Assembly: GCA_963700435.1 (NCBI GenBank)
Contig: CAVOXM010000006.1
Span: forward strand, 224,683 to 288,682
Direction: 5' to 3'
Length of the DNA: 64,000 nucleotides
Source of the DNA: an uncultured Flavobacteriaceae bacterium
GTDB lineage: Bacteria; Bacteroidota; Bacteroidia; Flavobacteriales; Flavobacteriaceae
Shown here: in pieces, positions 63,508 to 64,000 of the stretch
Numbering within the stretch: the first letter of the stretch is position 1
Layout of the letters: every line of letters begins with the position of its first letter
Program-made: the position numbers and the translations under genes
Notes under the pieces: model-generated
The model's database searches: none
Seen by the model: only the letters and a program-made list of their open reading frames with translations
Told to the model about the DNA's origin: nothing

Positions 63508-63915
63508 ATGTCCCACAAAAATCTAAAATCGGTACCCATTTATAGGAAAGCATTGGAGCTTTGCCATATGAGCAGGGAAATCGCTTCCTATGTTACCTTC
63601 AATAAAGACCTGCTTAAACTGTACCAATCCCAAAGCCTTAGGGATATCATTGCCGAAGCTTTGCTGACCGATGCCATTTTGATACCACAGCAAATCGCAC
63701 ATGCCGAGTTTTCCCAATCCCATTCCGAACGGATGCGGAGTGCCTCCTTCATCAATATTATGATTCGGAACATCAATTCGTATTGCACGGGGCTTGAAAA
63801 GGATGGCGTCAGGGAAAAGGAGTACTTGAACCTCCTGCGAAAGGAAATCAAAAGCTTTAGGGCATCTTTTAGGAAGTGGCGCAAGAATCTTTCCAGCGAA
63901 GGTTATTGGGGCTAG
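63508..63915 (+). CDS. Four-helix-bundle-like hypothetical protein
   Basis: PIYRKALEL, IPQQIAHAE, EYLNLLRKEIKSFR; divergent from the Lrp gene. Confidence 0.75.
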   Translation: MSHKNLKSVPIYRKALELCHMSREIASYVTFNKDLLKLYQSQSLRDIIAEALLTDAILIPQQIAHAEFSQSHSERMRSASFINIMIRNINSYCTGLEKDGVREKEYLNLLRKEIKSFRASFRKWRKNLSSEGYWG

Positions 63916-64000
63916 TGCAGGCCATTGACCTGTCCTTAATTTCGGAAAAGCCACTGTCATTTCAAGTCCGTTCCCATTATTATATTAATTTTGGTGCTTT

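Noticed and set aside
1-64000. CRISPR arrays, tRNA/rRNA genes, IS elements, integrases, prophage or defence genes
   Set aside because: I saw no repeat-spacer periodicity, no cloverleaf or rRNA signatures, and no transposase, integrase or phage motifs.

Overview
This is a 64 kb stretch of mostly housekeeping chromosome from a Flavobacteriaceae bacterium (phylum Bacteroidota). The assignment is inferred from TAnnTTTG promoters, A-rich leaders lacking Shine-Dalgarno sites, and gene content and order. Recognisable genes include uvrB (partial), hsp20, sucC, lysA, guaB, a FecA-like TonB receptor, pyrD, pepT, yajC-nusB, ppk2, dnaJ-grpE, mnmD, ilvE, crcB and a P-II/amt/porin operon. I found no rRNA, tRNA, CRISPR array, prophage or IS element. 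From about 21 kb onward many conserved genes carry 1-nt indels in blocks, most likely sequencing or assembly errors rather than pseudogenes. The five most interesting signals are: (1) three tandem paralogous ~30-aa single-helix membrane peptides missing from the ORF track, with a fourth paralog 16 kb away (ungapped F4/L11/N15/S22 motif); (2) a lipoprotein joining a blue-copper domain, a CBM-like domain and a PVC-type dehydrogenase propeller, with no heme c motif, directly downstream of a DUF1080 gene; (3) a shared sigma54-like -24/-12 element plus a 13-bp box at identical spacing upstream of hsp20 and grpE-dnaJ; (4) candidate small RNAs downstream of both heat-shock loci, built as hairpin / anti-start-codon seed / terminator; (5) paired palindromic operators upstream of the nitrogen and iron uptake genes.
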